NCBI GenBank assembly: GCA_021613535.1
Contig: CP075494.1
Coordinates: 6,572,001 to 6,636,000, forward strand
Source of the DNA: Adineta vaga
Taxonomy: Eukaryota > Animalia > Rotifera
Direction: 5' to 3'
DNA length: 64,000 nt
Shown: positions 14,144 through 28,617 of the stretch, piece after piece
Position numbering within the stretch: position 1 is the stretch's first letter
Layout: each line of letters begins with the position of its first letter
Notes under the pieces: model-generated
Database searches by the model: none
Seen by the model: the letters and a program-made list of their open reading frames with translations, nothing else
Told to the model about the DNA's origin: nothing
Program-made: the position numbers and the translations under genes

Positions 14144-14355
14144 TAATCAACTGACGGTGAAAAATATTCGTTTGACAAATGTACAATCTCAGCACTTTTT
14201 TTTATCAATAGTTTCCAATTTTCTCGTTTTGTTTATAAAAATATATTGAATCCACATTTCGACTTCATAGAACTGAACAAACAAGACTAAGCATGAATCT
14301 AGCTTTTAGTTGATGTGTGACCTAAAACAACAAACATATCAACAGAAAACATACT

Positions 14356-15011
14356 TCAGACATTAGTTGTGTATATGTCAATAATATTTTTACGATCATC
14401 ATCAACTTTATTTCTTGTTTCTTGTCGTTCAGGATCACTTTCAGGTTTCGATGTAAACGAATCATTTACAAAAAAAACGATCTGATGATTGAATTTCTTT
14501 GGTTTTCGGTTCTTTAAGAAATATTCGTTGATTTGGTTTACCCATTGATAAAGGTAATAATGCAGGATGTACAACATCTGTTTCACTTCTATCATTCACT
14601 TGATGCATTTCCTTATATTACATAAAAGACTAAGATAACAGTTATCTTAGTGAAAACAAAACGTCAATGATTGACTTCGAACGGTTAAGACACTTTCGTA
14701 TTTAATAAACATCAATATCATCATCTGACATGCTGATACTTGTATAATGTATGTTTTCGTTCTTTTGTCGATGTTGCAGTCGTCGTACTTGGTCTTGCTT
14801 CTTCATAAAAACTAGTCGTTAAATTTGCTGAGCCTAAAATTGGTTGTAATGTTAATCGTCGTCCGCTATGTTTATTCAAATGAAATTAATGAAAACATTG
14901 ATATGCTTCTCGAACTATGAATGATAAATTATAATGATTATGTGTCGATTGTGTTGGTCAAAAACCTGTTGTTAACGCTCGAACAGGTAGATCAATGTTA
15001 TGCAAATTCAT
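14356..15011 (-). pseudogene. CUL3: Cullin-3 C-terminal pseudogene fragment
   Basis: 'VRALTTGF*PTQ', 'HSGRRLTLQPILGSA', '[18 protein letters not shown]', '[27 protein letters not shown]' match CUL3. In-frame stops at 14958-14960 and 14886-14888, frameshifts and an internal deletion. Confidence 0.85.
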
Positions 15012-15235
15012 CTATATCTATTCAGAAAAAAAAACTAGAAAAAGGATTATTAATCTAAAAAGAGGCATATAATGGATAACCACCAGTTAAACTCAACAAC
15101 ATATTTATGTAAAAAAAGGCACGTTTAGTTTATATGGTCATTATTATTTGATTGAAGATCAGAAACAAAAAAACGAGAAATGATCCGATCATTTTTACAT
15201 CCGAAAATAAACTACATAAAAATTAAAAAATCCAT

Positions 15236-15350
15236 CCCATGTCGATCGTTCCGATCTCTCGAACCGACTGGAAGAGCCGGATTTTCCCACAAGATCTCAC
15301 AGATTCCACAACTTTCCCACCGGTTCCGGACCGTACGGGTCGACATGCGG
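15236..15350. mobile_element. Small GC-richer MITE-like insertion
   Basis: Inverted ends CATGTCGA (15238-15245) / TCGACATG (15340-15347); CCGA/TCGG-rich interior unlike the AT-rich flanks. Confidence 0.45.
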
Positions 15351-15369
15351 TTGATTCCAAATAATTTTA

Positions 15370-15518
15370 TGTAAATCTATATAATTACTTTTTTCAGTCC
15401 GATCAGGGTCTAATGTTACAAGAGTGTATTCATCAAGACTTGTTGATTCCCTATCTGAGAATAATTTGTCGTATATTTTAACAAATTCATTTATAGAAAG
15501 AAATCCATTTGGACCATA
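15370..15518 (-). pseudogene. Neuronal calcium sensor (recoverin/KChIP family) fragment
   Basis: 'GPNGFLSINEFVKIYDKLF...EYTLVTLDPDRTEKSNYIDL' resembles NCS 'CPSG.L..EEF.KIY..FF...EYVF..FD....G.IDF'; EF loop degenerate; no other exons found. Confidence 0.5.
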
Positions 15519-16162
15519 ATGAACAAAAATAATATACATTATAAGAATGAAAAGAAAAATCTATCTACATTTTATGTAGAAATGGAGCATGCTATTGAAG
15601 AATCACTTCTTCATTTTACCCATGTTGATTGAATTGAGAGCGAGAAAATCGAAAAGAATGGTTCTTTAAATGAATATTAAGACGTAACATCGTAGGAAAA
15701 AAGGAGAAAATAAATTTAATGCATATCATATAATTATTTACATATTATCTTCATTGTTTCGGAAATGGAAAAAATTTTGGTTTTCCTTATTTGCTTTTTG
15801 ACCACGTAAGAATACTTCCCCATGTATTCTATTGAGATGAAAAGGCGTCGCCATGAACATATGTTTGGTCTTGACCGGCAGGAATTCCTGAACTTGTTTT
15901 AAATAAACATTTATTTACTAAAATAAATTAAATCTTTTTCTTTTGAGGCAAAAGTCGATATTCATTTTATTGATCTACAGCGGCATCTATACAATATTTC
16001 CATTTCTATTGGTAAATTGATTTAAACAAATTACGAAAGTTTATTTGTGAAACAACCTAACATCATCTAATGTTATGTTATTTACTTCTATGAGATGAGA
16101 TTGAATATAATCCAAATCAATTGATTATTCAGTTTTCTTTTGTTTGTAGAGATAATAACAAA

Positions 16163-16518
16163 ATGCGTTTTTCATTAAGTCGATTGGGTATGACATGGGG
16201 TAAAATTGGTCATCAACGTGGCAAAGTAGATGAGAATTTTTATATAAATATTCGTCAATCTATTCATTTTTTCAGGTCGAATATACTCTTTCACCATATC
16301 AACAAAATCCATATGCTGGTGTTCTTGGTGATGTTTCATATCGTTATTATTCACGACTTTTCAAAACACTTCTTACTATATGGGTACCAAATATTTTAAT
16401 TGGTTATTCCATTTATTCATGGGCTAATTGGGAATATGAACGATGCATGCGAAAATTACCCAGCCACTTTGCTGATGAAAAAGCACCTGAAGATGAAGCT
16501 GGTGGTGATGATAAATAG
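16163..16518 (+). CDS. UQCRQ: Cytochrome b-c1 complex subunit 8
   Basis: Two exons giving 'WGKIGHQRGK/VEYTLSPYQQNPYAG...IYSWANWEYERCMRKLPSHFADEK', matching the UQCRQ pattern YSLSPFEQ...YTWG..EFER..RKNP..Y.ND. Confidence 0.88.
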
Positions 16519-16748
16519 ACAATAAATCAACCTATAAAATCCATTTCCTTCTCCTTCTTTTCTATGGTACATCCCGTATTTTTTTCTTTCGCTAACCGCG
16601 TAGTATAAAGTTGATTTTCATCATACAAACACTCTTCTTTGTTTGAATAAATTAGAACAACAAACAAAGATACACAGTTTTTGTCTCTTTATCAACATAG
16701 CTTATTTTATAATTGTAGATCAACTTTAAGAAGAAACTATATTTCAAT

Positions 16749-17586
16749 ATGTCAGGTATTCTATTTATGAGAAACTCATCTTTTGTCATAATGTATACGA
16801 TAGAAAAAAATCATATATTTTTATCAATGAGAAAGATTTATAAGAATTAAAATACGAAACTTTCTATTCTCTTCATTAGATTTTTACCAACTGACAAATT
16901 CTACATCTGATTTTAAATCACGTTCAAATGATGTGTTTGACAAACTTATCAATATTGAAAAACAACACGATGTACAAACAAAAACTCAAACTCCCGTATT
17001 TCCAGTTGAAGAAGAAACAATTGCAACATCACAACAAAATCCAATAATTCCAAGTCATGCTATTACATTTAAAAAACGTCCAGCAGATGATACATTCACT
17101 CGTCCCATGGATAAATGGAAAAAATATGATTTAGACGATGTTAATGAACATCATTTGAGTGGTAGAGGTAATCAACATGCATTGAATGATTTTCTTCGTA
17201 CACGTGCAAAACCTTCCAGTACGGAAGAAACTAAAGATGAAGAAAAAGAAGTTCAATCGACACCAGTTTTTCGTCGTCCACCGAAAAAACAAATTCTTAC
17301 AAATGATGATGATGATGATATTAGTGAAGATAATCAATTTATATCTATTCGAATACCATTACCTGTTAATACCACTGAGTCAAAGATTGAAAAGGATGAT
17401 AATGACGAGGAGGACGTAACTCCACAATATAAATTAAAATCAACTCGTAAACGAACTCGTGGTGTTTCAGCGACAATTGAAAAGAAATCTACGAAATGTA
17501 CAGTCGATTATTCCAAAAAGACAGATCCAGATGAGGAAGATGATGATAAGGATGAAGAGGATGATGATGAATTTTTCGAACCTTGA
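16749..17586 (+). CDS. TSSC4: U5 snRNP chaperone TSSC4-like
   Basis: ATG TCA G|gt micro-exon, exon 2 from 16881; motifs 'FKSRSNDVFDKL', 'KWKKYDLDDV', 'NQHALNDFL'. Confidence 0.75.
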
Positions 17587-17861
17587 TAGTATTTTTTTTA
17601 AACATAAGTAAATAAATTCATTTTTCTCATCGTTGTTCAATATCAGAAAAAAAACATAAAATGAAAAAAAACGAACGTTCAGAAAACAGTTTTCAGCATT
17701 TACATCTGACTTAGAATACAAATTCATATACACATACACATACAAATACGTTGTTTTCAAACTTTTATTTCCAACTAGGACAATAAAATAACAAGAAAAG
17801 AAAACACAGACAAAAATGTTCTTTATTTTTTTTTGTTTCTTAACAAAAGACAAAACAAATT

Positions 17862-18782
<921 letters not shown>

Positions 18783-20493
18783 CTAAAGAATGAAGTTTTC
18801 AATTTATAACGTATAATGAAACGAAGTCGAAGAAAAAAAAAGAAAACAATCAAATCAAGTAAAATGAAGATTAATTTTATAACCAATCAGCATTGATGTT
18901 TCTGTTAGTTAGAAACATGCAATTGATGGAGAGTGACATCTGTAAGTAAAGACAATATTTTAAACAATCAGAATTTAATTGTCAAATTGACACTTGTAAA
19001 TCGTCTTTTGTTAATTCAAATACATCACACCTTCTTTGTCAAAAAATTTCAAAGCGCACAATTCATTATTTTACTACAGAATGCTTCAACACCTGTATAA
19101 ATATATATTCATATGTATCGAAAAAGAAAAAATTGAAATCATAATAAATATGTAATCTATTTTAGTCAGTCTATGATATATAAATGTTCGGTTCTATTTT
19201 TAATGTTGTATCGAATATATTTTAGTATTTAATAAATTGAATATGTTGACGAACTATTAATATTTGATGATTTGATCAGAAAAGACAATTATGTATGATA
19301 ATAAGATTTTCTCGGAATAAGATGTTATTGACTTAAGAATATATAATTGAATAAAGATTAAGTGTCCTAAAATGATACTTTAGTACCTTTCTAACATGTA
19401 ACATTTAGCTTATCGTAGACTTAATCAATGAATGTTTTAATTAACATCAACTGGACGTGATACTTCGAATTTGTGAACAGTCTTTAGTGTAGTAAGCCCA
19501 TCATTACTTCTTATTAATTATCAGAAGATTATGTCCGTAATTAGATTTCGTGTCAACTGAAACTTAGGTGTTGATGCTAATATTTCTCGTTTTTACACAG
19601 GTTCTTGAAACAATTAAATAAGAATAGAAAATAACTGCTGGTTGACATTTGAATAGCATACTTCACACGTTCTATTCAAGAACGTGTTCATCAATAGTAA
19701 TTATCATGAAATGACATGAAAAAGGAAATGTAATGAAATATTGATTATTTTTCGACATTTCCGTTATTCATAATTGTGACAAGAATAAAAAGAAAATCTT
19801 TAGTTTTTCGTCTTCTTAGCGAGATAATTTTATGATCTATTCAAATAACTTTGATTGGTCTTACAAAATGAACTATAAATAGAGTAATTGGTTCATTAAT
19901 ATTCAAGTACACTTTATGTTGTTTTAATCAAGTGCAAAACTTGATCATCCAATAATATTCTCCTGTTAATAGACAAAACTCTTCTAATCTGCATTCCTTT
20001 TAATAGCAGCAGTGACAACATATTTAATGATAGATATGAATAGAAATAAAAGTCTCTTTCGCTCTCTCTCTCTCTCTCTCTCTTTGACTTTATCACGGCT
20101 GTCATTAGTTTCACTGTTGTCGTTATTTTTCTGTTTAAGAAAAAAAAACGAGAAATAAGGATAAAGATAGCTAACACTCAATCTTTTGTTTCTACGTTAT
20201 GTGTATGCGTGCTCAGCGTAGGCATACACGACTACCATTATTTGAAGCATTCTGAAAGGAGAGAAAAGAGGATCTTTTCAGTTCTCTTGAGAACGATGCC
20301 GTGCGTCACTCATAATAGGACCTTTTTTTTCAAATTACGCTTGAAGAACGAGAGAGAGAGAGAGGGAGAGATAGACGGAAAAACAAGAGGAAGACGAGTT
20401 GAGCTCGTTCGTCTGTGCTTGCCTGCAAGAGTGGAGACATATTGATGTTGGTGTTATCAAGTGGGTGTGACGTTGTTGTCGAATCGCATCAGT

Positions 20494-21996
20494 ATGCAGC
20501 CTCAAGGAACAGTGTCACCTGGAGCACCTATCCGAGTTCCATCCCCAGATTTCTCAACATTCTCATCTGATGAACTTGAACGTTTAGAAGATGTTCTTCA
20601 AAGACAAGCACTTGTTGAATATGAACGCAATCAACGATTATCTGGTTTACGTCGAACGATGGTACATCTTCAACAAACAATTGACAATGATCATCAACGA
20701 CAACGATCACCTACATCAAGTAGTACATCACCAATACAACATAATCAAACTATTTTATCATCATCAGATATTATTCAATGTTATATTTGTTATTCAACAA
20801 TTGAAATTCAACCAAATCATTTACCATTATCATCACCAGTCTTATGCGCTGATTGTCATCGACCTGTTTGTCGACGTTGTGGTAATTATACTTCACCTGA
20901 ACTAATTCAAATCCATTATGAAAATAATACAGAAAATCAAAGTCATGCATCGAAATGGCGTTGTCGGATGTGTATTGTACGTCGTGAAGTTATCAGGAAA
21001 TCTGGTATGTTTTTCCATCGGAAAATCTATATTACAATTATGAGAGGAATAAAAAAAAGAAAAGAGCATCGATTTGATCTTTGAATGTCAACTGAAATGA
21101 AAGAAAAAGACGTACGAGGAAAGAAAACGAAGAGAGAAGTAAATTACAGTTTAGAGTAGGTTTTCTCTCTTACATTCACACTTTCTCTCTGCTTTTTCTT
21201 CTTCGACATGTTCTTCGGTTTTTTTCATTATTATTACATAGAAAATATCGCATTATTCACAGTTTCATTACTTTTCTTTTTCTAATTCATATCATTCGAT
21301 TTTTGACAAATGCATCTTTTTCGAGGTTCGTGGAATGTAACTGAAGATGAAGTAACCGTTCATTCACCTGTTCGTCTTTTACAAAAGTTAGCAGCCTATC
21401 GAGCAACAACATCAACAAGTCCAACATCTTTATCGTCAACACCATCACCATCACCACAAAATGAACGTAAATCGACAATTTTAACTGAATCAACGAATTT
21501 TTTTGCTCGTCTATGGCGTCCATCTACAAATCATCCAAGGCAATCGCCTATTTTAATAACATCGAATGAGGCACAATCATCATCATCATTCGATCTGGTA
21601 CCTGAATCTAGTCCAGCACTTTCAGATACATCATCTACTTTATCAGTAACACCTAAGTTAAATCGTCGTATATCATTTATACGTGAAGTATCAACGAAAA
21701 CTTCATCGCAATTACAGCAACCAACACCACCACCATCATTAGTACCATCACCACTTCGTCTACCGCTACCTGTATCTCTTCTTCCGCTGATACCGCCACC
21801 ACCACCATCATTACCACTACCACTACCACTACCAACCCCACCACTACGATCACAGCCGACGATATCGAGTGTAATAACTGATCCGTCATTTGAAGATACT
21901 ACATCTGAACATCCGTGTGATACGGCTAGTGAATTTTATTCTCAAAGTTTTGAAACAAATATTGATAGTAGCAATCCGGGTATTGTCGATGATCAA

Positions 21997-22029
<33 letters not shown>

Positions 22030-25000
22030 AATTCTGGTCGAAAACGTCGATTAACATATGACGAACGGCATCGTCGGTTGAGTCTATCAGCAAAACCTGT
22101 GATATTATTAGTACATCAAAAAGCGTCCTTGCCAATGGATATTATTTCACAGCATCACAGTGATAGTCTCGCTTCACCTGAAGCGAATATTGATGTTAGT
22201 ATGGTAAGTTTTAATAAAGCTTAAAATATTATGAAGAATAATATTTTTTATTAAACAAATGTAAAGACAAAGATGTTTCATCATCTAACATTTGAATACT
22301 TATTTGAACTTATTTGGTCCTTGTCATATTGTGACATATAGATGAAAGAACTTGTTCTTTCATAAAGACAGAAGATGAGCAGAAAATTGTAAGGATGTTT
22401 CCTTTCAAATACTTGTCTCTAGCAACCGAGAGCGGAAACAAAAGAGGAGGAAATAATAATACAAGGTAACGTGCATGCATCTCAATCTATACGATCATCT
22501 TAGATTAGTAGGCGTTCTTTCCGCTGTGTATTCAGTCTAGAGTCATTTAACGATCATCAAAAAAAATTCCGTTATACATGTCTACCTTATATAAGAAACC
22601 ATGAGAAATAACTTGAAATGTCACCGATTATTCATCCAGGATCTTAATTTCAAACCAATCTTATATGGGAAAGATAAAATCTCTTCTATTTTTTTCCCAG
22701 GCTATGGATTATTTCACGACATCAATGATAACAACACAAACAATAAGTAATAATACTAAACCCGTATTTACGGAAACAAATTCTCCACAATTAACTAATA
22801 ATCTCAGACGAAAAAGTCGATCAGGTCTTCGAAATGCTGAAGCATGGGCACGAAAACGAACGTTAATGCATCGTGGTTATCAATGGACGACAACATATGA
22901 AGGCTCGGAAACAACTAATAACGATCAAACATATCCGAATTTTGATAATACAACATCTCTGAACGATTCTTTTGCCTATGTTGATCAACAAAATTCATCT
23001 CCAACTTCAGATACGATGAAAAATTCGAAAAATAATGGATCCAATCATAGTTCTCATGAAGCATTACGTCGACGACGTTCATCTCGACGTTTACCAGAAA
23101 TACCTGGCAAACATTCATCATCATCATCAACCCATAATAGGGAAACAACTCTCTCTGATGAAGTCATATTTAGTTCATCATCATTACATTCTTCCAATGA
23201 ACATCCATCACATCCTGTACGTGAAAATTCACTTAGTAATCGTTCTAATCGTTCGAAAAGTATCGATTCGGATTCTTCGTTAAAAACACGTTCGTCACAT
23301 ACAAAACTATTATATACCCATCAATCACCGAATGCAAAATCAATCGATGTCTCTAATTTAGCACGACGAAAATCATTTCTTGTCATTAATAATACGTCTT
23401 TATTACCGCAACGTTCACTTGATTATCCATGTATAGTACGAAAAGCACCTGATTTATCAGATATTGTACGAAGACGAATGTTATACTCAAAAATTTCCAA
23501 ACAGCAAGGTGATAGTTTTTCAATTAGTTTAGAACGTGAACATGTTCCAAAAGTACCACGAAAGATTATTATTCGACAAGATAATAGTATCGAAATTGCA
23601 TTAAGGTAATTTATTATCTCATTATAAATGTAGGCCATACAAGCATTATTTAATCCCAGAAGATTTGCACGGAAATTGATCAAATAAGACTAGAGAAAAG
23701 TTTTGAATAAATATCAGATCAATGGAAGACATGATTGCTTGCTTTTTCTCTTTAGTAAACCACCAAAACTTCGTCGTCAAACCTTATCGGAAGAATATTA
23801 TTATGGATGTAGTTCTGAAGCTGAATTCACTTCGATTGCACAATCAACAAATGCTGCATCGACACTTGGTATACCTCTTCCATCATCGGCATCGGGTGGT
23901 GATCGACGAAAAACGATTGAAACGTGTGAAAATATCTTTTTACATGCTGAAGAAAGTTCGAAATTACGTGCGCGTACACCTCCATCGAATCCACATCGAA
24001 TTCTACTTCATCGAGATAAAAATGATACATCAATACGAACGAATGGTCTTGGAATGCGAATTGTTGGTGGACAAGAATGTGAAGATGGCAGTCTTGGTAT
24101 AGATAAAACGAAAAAAAAGTTTTCATCAGTTTATTTTTATTCTCTTTATCTTTAGGATGCTTTGTGACAAATATTTTACATGGTGGACCAGCTGATGTTC
24201 AAGGTAATATTGAAGTTGGCGATCAGATATTAGAATTCAATGGTCATTCATTAATTGAATCAACTTACGAAGAAGTTCGTATTTTACAAGATTATTGTGG
24301 TGATATTGTTCAATTAGTTGTTCAACATAATAATGTACGATTACAAATCAATGGTGGTCAAACTTTATCATCAATTGAGATTTCTCGACATTTCGAAACT
24401 GTACCACGCTTGGCATCATCATTAACACGAAAACGACGAAATTTACCGCCCTTACCACCATCATCATTATCTTCATCATTTCCAAAACAACAAAAACGAG
24501 ATCTATATGAAACTGTCGAAACACTTGAAGTGCCTAATGTCAAAGAATTAAAACCAATTCTAATCAATCGAGGCAGACTTCTAGGTAGGATATTGATTCG
24601 TTGATAACATTGATTCTATATGAAATGTGAATTAAAGTATCTTGGGATTACTAAAAATTATCCTATGTTGCGTGATATGACAATCTTTGAAATTCTTTGA
24701 ATAGTAGTAGATGAACGCATAAAAGAATACAGTTATATTTATTGAAAAATCATTAAAATTTGCTTTTCTATTTCTTTTTTATAGCTCAAATCTGGCATGA
24801 TGTCGAAGATATGAAATTAGCTTTAACAATCATTCAAGCTGGTAATTTACCTTTACGATCAAATGGTGATCAACCCTATACATTTATAACGGGTAAAATG
24901 CTTTTCGAAGATCGTGGTTTTGATATGTTCGAAACAAAAATAATTCATTCGTCGAATCCAATCTATAATGAAACATTTGTTTTTCATGAAGTTGAAACTG

Positions 25001-26702
25001 TTGATACTCTTCATCTTGAAGTTTTACTTTGGGATAGAAAACAAAATCAAGCAGATAGACATTCAAGTAATAATAGTACAGATGAGTGTGATGAATTTCT
25101 TGGTATGATACAATTACCATTAAGTGAAGCAAATCTTGAAGATGAACCAAGATGGTATGAACTTCGTGATCGACAAACACGAAAACCATCGACATCAAGT
25201 GTAACATTTAAATCTTCCTCAGCAGAAAGTGGAGATAGTTTTCGAAAAATGCCACCATTATTATCATCATCATCATCAACAATATCGGGTAATAAACATC
25301 AAGAACGAACACGAACATCAACAGATTTATTAATGCGTGCATTAAATCGATCAGCATCAAATAAAATTGATTCGAATCGACGAGCATCAATAGCAGAAAA
25401 ACGATTACAACGTACAAGTGCAAAAAATCCGGCAATACCATCAATAATTATGACTAGTATTGAAGATGAAGAAACTGATGAACAAACATCGCAACGAGCA
25501 TCAATAGTCACTGTACAATCTGTTAAACTTAAACGTCGAATATCAAAAGGAATTTTGAAATTATTTGATATGCAATCAAGACGCTTGAGTGAATCATCAC
25601 CTAAATCATCTATCGAGAGTCCAACATCAAGAAAATTATCATCACAAATACAAGGTAATTTTGATAGTGAAGATGATGTTGATCTACCAATACCTAATTT
25701 ATCATTTGATAATACAACTACTACTATGAATAAATCACCACGACAAAGTATCGTACCACCACCTGCACTACCATCAGCAGCAATACATCACGATGAACAA
25801 CAAACATTAATTCGTCCAATTCCATTACAACAAATGCCAATTGGGCAATTAATGTTACCTTTTATTCCTTCTTCACGACATTCATCCATATCAGGTTCAC
25901 GAAAATCCTCAGCAGCTTCTTATTGTGAAAGTGACGATGATATTGACCGATATTTTGCATTAACTGAACAACAACAACGAGAACAAGACGAACAACAAAC
26001 AACTGAGAATAATAATGTACAAACGCATACAGTCGGTCCAGGACAAGTGACACCAAGAAATTATGAAAATATGATCAATGATTATATCTATATGGGACAA
26101 ATTCAATTATGTTTAATTGTAACGAAAGGTCTTCTTGAAATTGACATTATTTGTGCCCGAGGATTACAACGAGTTATCAATGAGAATGATAACCATAATA
26201 TTAATGGAGCCAGAAATGACAGCGGTCCTCCAGATACATATGTAAAAACGTAAGTCATAGTCGAACGTATTCTACATGAATTTATGTAGTCCATTTTGAA
26301 ATATGATGAAATCTTTGAAAATCAAGAGACAATTTAATAGATATTTATATTTGTTATTAATAGGTATCTTCGAACGGGTACTCGACGTGTACAAAAACGT
26401 AAGACACTCACAGTCAGAGCAAATTTCAATCCTGAGTATCATGCGAAATTAAAATATAATGCTTGTAATGTTATGGGTATGTTTGTAATTATTTTTTGCC
26501 TGATCTCTTTCTATGAAATTTATGCTTAGGTCGTCGTCTTCAAGTAACAGCCTGGCAACGTGCTGGTAAATTCGAAAAGAATCAATGTATTGGCGAAGCA
26601 TTTATTCAGCTTGATAATTTAACTTTAACTCAACATACTTTAGCTTGGTATAAGTTATTTCGAGAAAAATTAGTTGAAAGTGAATTTTATGATTCAAGTT
26701 GA
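20494..26702 (+). CDS. RIM/Fife-like presynaptic active-zone scaffold (Zn finger, PDZ, C2A, C2B)
   Basis: Rab-effector helix plus C8 finger 'CYIC..CADC..VCRRCG..WRCRMC..KSG', PDZ 'GLGMRIVGG..HGGPAD..GDQILEFNG', C2A (24784 on) and C2B 'PDTYVKT/YL..QKRKT'; stop at 26702. Confidence 0.82.
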
Positions 26703-27032
26703 AGTTCAATTGACATATATTTTTATGGGATGATGATCGTATCTATGTACTTAGATGAAATGATAGAATTTTATTTTCGTTCTTCCTTTCTGATTATTTG
26801 TACTCTTTAATAAATAGGTGATGTTTACCAAAATTATATTTTTGAAATATTACAGAATAAGAACGAATTGAAACACGAAAAATAGCATACAAGTTTCAAT
26901 CTTTTGCTCCTATAGATGAAGTATTCTAATAAACAAATCATTACTCAATTACAGAGATGTATTTAAGGAAAAGAATTGTTTCATTTGATCTATATTTCAG
27001 CAAGTATACAATTCAATAAAAATAAACAACGA

Positions 27033-27700
27033 ATGTCTTCGAAAGTTGTTTCATCATTTGTAATCCTACCCATTGAATTGATCTATAGAATTTTTTATCA
27101 CTTCAAATTTAATAACTTCTATCATTAGCATTGATTGTTAGACTTCGAGAAAAATAATATTAGCATGCACTCCTATCGACGCGAAAAGCGCTGAATACTT
27201 TGCTGATTCATTAAAAATTAACACAGTATGTGATCTTTACGAAAAGGATTTTTTTCTGCCATAACTGTATGTAGACATTCACGAGATTCGATCTTTGGAA
27301 TAATGGTCTCGGCGATCAAGGTGTGCAACATCTAGCTAAGATTTTTTTTTAAATATAGTGAAACATAATTTTCATTTGTTCATTATATATTCATGATGAT
27401 TATGTTTTGATATAGACACTACGAATTTTGATACTCGATGAGAACGAAATCAGTGATCTAGGTAGAACTTATTTGACTGATACATCCTATTTTAATGGGG
27501 TAGATCTTATTTTTGCTAAGAATTTATCTTGTATCGCTTAGCATAGACGTTCATCATTCTATAACTTGTATTAAATAAAATCGAAGTTAAAGGCGAAGAG
27601 AAATTCTCGAAAATATTACCAAAGAACTCAGCAATATAGCATCTTTTACTGGTTATACATTGTTCTTTGTTATTGTATAAAACAGACACTGACAACTCTG
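27033..27700 (+). pseudogene. Degraded F-box + RI-type LRR gene
   Basis: 'MSSKVVSSFVILPIELIYRIFYH' F-box start; LRR exons 'TFTRFDLWNNGLGDQGVQHLAK' and 'TLRILILDENEISDLGRTYLTD' each after a tag|ACA acceptor; F-box exon truncated and frames broken. Confidence 0.65.
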
Positions 27701-27860
27701 AATAATGTTTTTTTTACGAGTTATGTTCCAAGAAAATATTATACAAAAATGAATTAATTAGACTTTTATTAAAATTTTGGAAACGAAACGAAAGTACAAA
27801 CACAAATATTTTGAAATCATTGACTAGAAAAGTTTTGTTTTAAAATATTTGATAATTCTT

Positions 27861-28380
27861 TTAAGATTCACCTCTTTTTTCTAATAACTGCTGTTGAATT
27901 TGTTGTTGTTTCAAGAGATTCATTTGTTTACTAATATATACAGATTTTTCCAAATAAGTTGCAATATTCTAGAGCAAAAAAAAATCTATTTATATACAAA
28001 ACAATTATTTAATCTTACATTAAAATGTTCATCACTAGTTCCAAGTGATTTTACTGCCTCAACACTATATTCTACATCAAATATTAAACCATTCATACGT
28101 TCATGTAAATTGTCCAATTCCATTCGTTTTTGGACCATCGTTGGTAAAGTTCTTCGTGCATGTTCCTAGATAAAACAAGTTTCTTTTACAACAAGAATGT
28201 AAATAATCATTTGATATTTACTTGAATTCGATAAAAAGCTAACGATGGTTCATTTGCATTTGATTGAATTGTTTCATTGATGGCACGTATTGATGAACGT
28301 ACTTTGGATTCTGTGTCAGGATCCGAATGATTTGGTGATGAATTCAAACGAGATTCGATTAAACTTGATGAAGATATCAT
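27861..28380 (-). CDS. BORCS8: BLOC-1-related complex subunit 8
   Basis: Three exons; 'ANEPSLAFYRIQ/EHARRTLP...GLIFDVEYSVEAVKSL' matches BORCS8 'ANEPSVALYRLQEHVRRSLP...YTVEYACSAVKNL'. Confidence 0.88.
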
Positions 28381-28617
28381 CTTCACAGACTACGTCTTCG
28401 ATTAGATTTTCAAAAACAAAATAAGCAAGAATATGTACTCATCCAATGACAGAATTGATTATTTACTGACATCTATTGACAAAGTCCGCGATTGATATAT
28501 CACTGTCACTTTGTTTCCGAATCAAAAAATAAGTTCAATCAACAAAAGAAAAACCGAAGTATAATTGTTTTTTTCCTTAGATTTTTGAAAGTATTTACTC
28601 AACGCCTAAGAATTATT
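28381..28617. promoter_or_regulatory. Compact bidirectional promoter (BORCS8 / geminin A)
   Basis: Divergent ATGs 237 nt apart; CCAAT at 28443; TTACTGACATCTATTG at 28463-28478, repeated exactly at 56593-56608. Confidence 0.55.

Noticed and set aside
19914-20445. ORFs with ERERER runs
   Set aside because: Translations of (GA)n microsatellites upstream of the RIM-like gene.
21677-22135. Antisense poly-Val and poly-His ORFs
   Set aside because: Shadows of Pro-rich and poly-Asp codons of the RIM-like exon.
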